This document shows, in pieces, positions 59,030 to 64,000 of a DNA stretch of 64,000 nucleotides; the stretch's first letter is position 1, and the number at the start of each line of letters is the position of its first letter. Below the pieces are notes generated by a model. It did no database searches, was not told the DNA's origin, and saw nothing but the letters and a program-made list of their open reading frames with translations. This DNA is from Felis catus (lineage: Eukaryota): the NCBI RefSeq assembly GCF_018350175.1, contig NC_058368.1, positions 110,424,001 through 110,488,000 on the forward strand. Direction: 5' to 3'. The position numbers were made by a program, and so were the translations under genes.

Positions 59030-59924
59030 TACAAAGTTTATGGTGATCAGTGATCTCCAAACCTCTAGCAAACCCCCTGTAGGTGGAAAACCCAAGCACA
59101 AAAACTCTTGGAAGAAACTTCGGCTTTCTTCTGCCTAGATACTTTCTCTGCCTTTTAATGGCCCACCTCAGAGTAGCTAAGTGATGTGCCACATGACTTC
59201 TAAACAGGAACACAACTCAAACCAGACAAAAGGGGTCCTGCTCATCAAAGACCAGAGGGCTGCTTTAATAAATAAATAGCAATAATCTGCAACTGTGCCC
59301 AAGGACAGTCTTAGTTTAATGCCTACTATCTCAACACAGTTATCAATAACACCTTTCCCTCTCAAAGGCAGTAAATGAGCATCATCTATATAGAAATCTG
59401 TAAACCACCCATGCCAGCCCCACAAACACAGACCTTCATGCATCTCCTTGCTTCTTTCAACATGGCAGTTCTCCTGCCTTGGTGGGACTCCATGCAAAAT
59501 CTCTTAAATTTCCCTTCACTGTGCAAAATGCCTAAGGAGCAAAATCTAAAACTCTTTTTCAGCCATCAGCTCACAGAATGGCTGAGGCAGCCCTGTGCCC
59601 TTCCTCTCATGTGTGTGCTGGGCCACCTTGTCCTTTCCAGCATGTCGGCATCCTTTAGTGGTTTGGGGAAGCATTTCTCTCTCTAGACTGGTTGTTAGTT
59701 CAAAGCAAGTTACAGAAAGTTGACTGATGATGGACTCCAAGAGAAAATGAATTCACCTTCACGGGGCTCCTTCAGCCATGTCTGGAGAAAACAGTAGAAA
59801 TTCCTTCCTGCCCGCCCCCCACCCCCTACCACAGGCTACCCTATTCTAGAATGGTGTGCTACAGGCAGGACTTGGGAAATCTCCTCCTGGGAAGGCCTGT
59901 CTGTTATTTCTCTGCCCTAGAGAG

Positions 59925-60100
59925 GGACTCCCAGGTTCAAATCCCACCTCCAGCACTGACTAGTTCTGTGACCTTGGGCACATTACTTAACACCTCTAGC
60001 CTTCAGCTGCCTGTCTACCGAGTTCCAAGGTTAAATAAAAGAAGGCAGGCAGAACATTTAGCCTGGTGCAAAGAAGCTCTAGACAAATGCTAGCTATTGT
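59925..60100 (+). mobile_element. MIR SINE
   Basis: GGTTCAAATCCCACCTCCAGCACTGACTAGTTCTGTGACCTTGGGCACATTACTTAACACCTCT. Confidence 0.82.
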
Positions 60101-62049
60101 AGGTAATAATAGTAGTTCATGACCCAGTGGTGCAAGTTGACTGGCTGATATTTAAGGAAATCTGACAACTTACTAAGTCTAGCGTAAGGATGGGTAGACT
60201 TAGGCCAGGAAGACCAAGCGCCCACCACCAAACCCCTATCTCTAAAAGGCCAAGCAAGGCCAAAGGTCCCACACCCACCTTTCTACCTGCAGAGAACACA
60301 CTACTCCTCTAAGAGCACCCAACTGAGAATTCAATTCGCAAGCACTATAAGCAACAGGCACCATTGTATCCCCATTCTGCAGTTGAGAATACTGAGACTA
60401 ACTTATCCAAGGCCACCCAACCTGCAAGTGGTAGCACAGGGCTGCCATCTTAGGAGCCTGGGGTAGTAGTGAGCACTGCCCATCACTGCCTCCTGTGCTC
60501 CAAGAAAAAGTTTGTGTTCTTGCCCAGCATCAAGGCAGAAATAAGCAGGACTCAGTGAAATGGTGATTTTGTGGAGGAAGGACTAGAGGCCCCAGGGAAC
60601 AGGATCACAGGGGAGATGAGAACATATTCCCGCACCTGTGACCTCCAGCAGGAACAGACCATCACTGGGTAGCACAGGTGGACAGCACAGGGCACACCTG
60701 CCTCCCACTCTGTCTCCCCTCACAAAGCGCTCCTCCACTCTGCTGCATACTCACTCAGCAAACCATGCTCAGCTCTCCCACGAAGGGCATACTGCTGGAG
60801 GCTGCAAGTATTGCAACCACCACCATTTCCACTTTGCCTTGTTCTTCTAATGGCTGTCACTAGCTAGGCTCCAAGGGACCAGCATAGAAATATACCCTGA
60901 TTCCAAAAGACACCGAATGGCCGAGAGTGACCCACCATAGGAAGGCAGGCCTGGGAATGTTTGCCATGATACCTTCACCTGGTAACAAACCCTCACACCA
61001 CAACAGGCTCAACTGGGACGCCACGTGTCCAGCCCAACACCCACAGGAGTGAGAAAAGGAAGAAGCACAGCACACCATCATGGAAACCATGTGTGGGGCC
61101 AGCCATGGTTTTGCCAAAGCTTCGGGGAGAAAGAAGATGTGGACAGCGTGTTCACGGGATCATGATCACCTGCCCCTTCTCCCTGGATGCCCATATTCTC
61201 CAGCAGACTCCAGGCCCAGAGAATTTGGCAGATGGCAGCCCACTGAGGGTCAGGTCTGCACTGCTATTGGGCAGGAGATAGGACAAACATGACAGCTTTG
61301 GGGGACTTTTGAGGACCAGGACTCAAGGTGTCTAACAACTCCACCATGATACTCTGGTGTGCACTTTCTGCCCTGGATTAAGAGAGCCAGGAGAGCCTTT
61401 CAGCCAGGCCCTCAGCTGGCCCCGCGTGGTCCTGGAGCCCCAGGATTCTTCCACCTCAAAAAGTCCAGCACCAGTTTTCTCTTCCTCCCAAGTGACCTTT
61501 TACTCCTCAGATGCCCACAGGCAAAGGAGGTCATCATGTGGTCTACAATCCCTCCTTGGGCAAAACGGCGACCCCACCAGCCCACTTCTCTCAAGTAGGA
61601 AGCAAGGAATATTTTCTACTTTAATGGCAGCCATTAAATGTTTCATGGGCCAAAACTAAGGCCAGATCACTTTATAATCATTCTTCTGGCTCCTGCATAA
61701 TTGATGTCCCTTATGCACTTTTCATGATCTAATTTATCTACCTCCTAAAATATTTTGTAAAACCTGAGTCCCATCTGTAATGATCTATGTCCCATTATAA
61801 AGTGTACTGAAGGATTTGCTACCCAAGCCACACGTGTGGGCAGAAACTTAGCCGTACCAGGTGCAGGCATGGCAGCAGGGACAGAGATCTGACAGGTCTC
61901 AGGAAACCAAGGCTGCCTCACTTAGAAAATACACTCAGGGGACAGGAAAAGAAAAGCAGGAGTCGAGGGAACAGAGGATTTTTGGGGGGGCAGCTAGAGA
62001 GCACCTGCTTTTTGCCCCGTAGGGTAACAAAAGCAAAAACAAAAATGAT

Positions 62050-62245
62050 AGTAACAATAGTAATGGTGCCTTTCACTCTGTCAAGACTTTCAAGCGCCAG
62101 GTACTATGCTAGCAAGGCATTATCTCATTTATTTCTGACTCATGACATAGGGACTATCACTGTTCCCATTTCACAGATAAGAAAACAGAGGCTTGGACAG
62201 GTAAATAACTTGCTCAAGGCCCCGTGGTTAGTAAATGAGACCCTG
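62050..62245 (-). mobile_element. MIR SINE
   Basis: TTCCCATTTCACAGATAAGAAAACAGAGGCTT...TAACTTGCTCAAGG. Confidence 0.82.
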
Positions 62246-62378
62246 ACAGTCTTACTCAAAATGTAGGCTCCTAATCTCTGCTCCATTCTATACTTCTTGG
62301 TGCATCTAATTCCTAAAACTGTGTGTGTTCCATGAACCTAGAAATCCTTGAGCTTCAATAACTAATCAGCAAGCCTTT

Positions 62379-62584
62379 TAGGGTTGAGTTGTCAGATTTA
62401 GTTTAAAAAAATGGATACCCAGGGGAGACTGGGTGGCTCAGTCAGTTGAGCGTCTGACTTCGGTTCAGGTCATGATCTCACAGCCCGTGAGTTCGAGCCC
62501 CACATCGGGCTCTGTGCTGACGGCTTGGAGCCTGGAGCCTGCTTCAGATTCTGTGTCTCCCTCTCTCTCTGCCTTTCCCCCACT

Positions 62585-62626
<42 letters not shown>

Positions 62627-62845
62627 ATCTCAACAATAAACATTTAAAAAAAATTTTTTTAAATGGATACCCAGCTAAATGTGAATTTCAAATAAATAAC
62701 AAATAATTACTTAGTATAATTATGTCCCAAACATTGCATGCAATAACCTATATAATATTTGGGACCTACTTATACTAAAATATGATTTTCTGTTTATTTG
62801 AAATTCAAATTTAACTGAGTATCTTCTGTTTTACCTGGCAACACT
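62379..62845. mobile_element. Palindromic MITE (MER53-like), interrupted by a SINE
   Basis: GTTGTCAGATTTAG...CCCAGCTAAATGTGAATTTCA...TTAGTATAATTATGTCCCA...TGGGACCTACTTATACTAA...TGAAATTCAAATTTAACTG...CTGGCAAC. Confidence 0.88.
62422..62660 (+). mobile_element. Feliform CanSINE with internal (TG)n
   Basis: Canonical; perfect TSD AAATGGATACCCAG. Confidence 0.96.
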
Positions 62846-63110
62846 CAGCATGTGTCCAGGCCTACGCTGGGCTCTTTGGGATTAGTGGAGACCACCCTCA
62901 GAGAACCCAGGCTGCCTGGGGGAAATAAGATGGACACCAGGACAAGAGACAAGGGTGGACAAAGGCCACAGTCTGACCCCAATCTGCCTGGTAGAGAGCA
63001 AAAGGTTGCTGGTGTGAGAGCCTCACAATGCAATAGTTTTCTGGCAGAACCGGGACATTGCACTGTTCCCAGAAGAGCAAGAGTAAGAAGAAAATGGAGC
63101 TACATACCAA

Positions 63111-63320
63111 GGAGGGCCTGGTGGCTCAGTCGGGTAAGTGTCTGACTTTGGCTCAGGTCATGATCTCACAGCTTGTAAGTTCGAGTCCCAAGTTGGGCTC
63201 TCTGCTTACAGCTCAGAGCCTGGAGCCCGCTTCAGATTCTGTGTCCCCCTCTCTCTGCTCCTCCCCCACTCACACTCTGTCTCAGAGTGGCTGTCTCAAA
63301 AATAAATACACATTAAAAAG
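63111..63320 (+). mobile_element. CanSINE
   Basis: GTGGCTCAGTCGGGTAAGTGTCTGACTTTGGCTCAGGTCATGATCTC...AATAAA. Confidence 0.93.
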
Positions 63321-63724
63321 AAAAAGGGAGCTATCCCCACCAGCACACCCATGCACCACCCCCAGCACTAGAGGCCCATATTTCAGCTCCTGGGTGCAGC
63401 CAAAAAAGGACTCCAGGCTGGAGTCCAATGGCCGGAGCAACAAGCTCCAGAGGACTGAGATCGCCCCATCCCACAGGTGACACTGACCAGAGTGGCCCAC
63501 CTGCTGTCTGGTTATCTGACACACACTCATACCCGGGGCCTTGGCTTGCTCTGCCTCTCCCACCTGGAAGCTGCCCATCTGTTCAAACCCTGCCTTCCTT
63601 GAGGGTCCAGCTCAGCCCTACCTCTCCAGGAAGCTTCCACCTACCCCCACCCACCCACCAATTTCCCCTGTTCTGGGCCAACCTTCAAACTTTTCCCTTG
63701 CACCAAATACTTGCCCATTATTAC

Positions 63725-63810
63725 TTACTGAGCACCAAGCATAGAACCTGGCACATAGCAGGTGCTCATCAAATGCTTGTTGAATGAATGGATGAGTGAA
63801 TGGGTGAGTG
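63725..63810 (+). mobile_element. L2 3' terminus
   Basis: CCTGGCACATAGCAGGTGCTCATCAAATGCTTGTTGAATGAATGGATGA. Confidence 0.85.
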
Positions 63811-64000
63811 ACAATTACCTTGGCTTAGTTCTACACTGCCTTCTATGTGCGCAAGTCCCAGCAGAGGGAAGAGAGCACACCAGAGGAGGCAAAATAAAAA
63901 CCCTTGCATGCTGATGCATCTTCCCACAATCTGGTACCCAGCCCAGCTCCAGGCATGGAGCAGATTCAGTAACTGTTCAGAGAGGTGGAATTAAATGGGA

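Noticed and set aside
1..64000. A novel multi-gene system, operon or CRISPR array
   Set aside because: The sequence is repeat-rich mammalian non-coding DNA. There is no repeat-spacer array and no gene-dense region, and the recurring ~200-bp unit is the carnivore SINE.
1..64000. Naming the host gene or exact species
   Set aside because: No recognisable exon, and SINE diagnostics support only feliform/felid. A genome BLAT would be needed.

Overview
Mammalian genomic DNA from a feliform carnivore, very likely a cat or other felid. The window carries about 25 tRNA-derived carnivore SINEs, most with the feliform body (GACAGCTCAGAGCCTGGAGCCTG...(CT)n...AATAAA/polyA). It looks intronic or intergenic: I recognise no host protein-coding exon and no intact RNA gene, and the ORF track is mostly chance or repeat-derived. 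Other repeats are L1 3' ends, L2/MIR, MaLR (MLT1) and LTR16/LTR33 LTRs, a decayed class III ERV-L provirus with readable RT/RNase H/integrase remnants (about 49.0-52.6 kb), and hAT/Tigger MITEs (MER20-, MER33-, MER44-, MER53-, MER58-like). Several repeat-free, TAAT-rich blocks that retain CpG look like conserved enhancers. I found no evidence of a novel multi-gene system. The most interesting signals are structural: an inverted micro-duplication around a SINE, templated-insertion junctions, repeated and nested insertions, two old local duplications, a deletion fusing a SINE head to an LTR tail, and a miR-1302-like MER53 hairpin. Repeat family names come from recalled consensus sequences, not a RepeatMasker run, and boundaries of old repeats are approximate.
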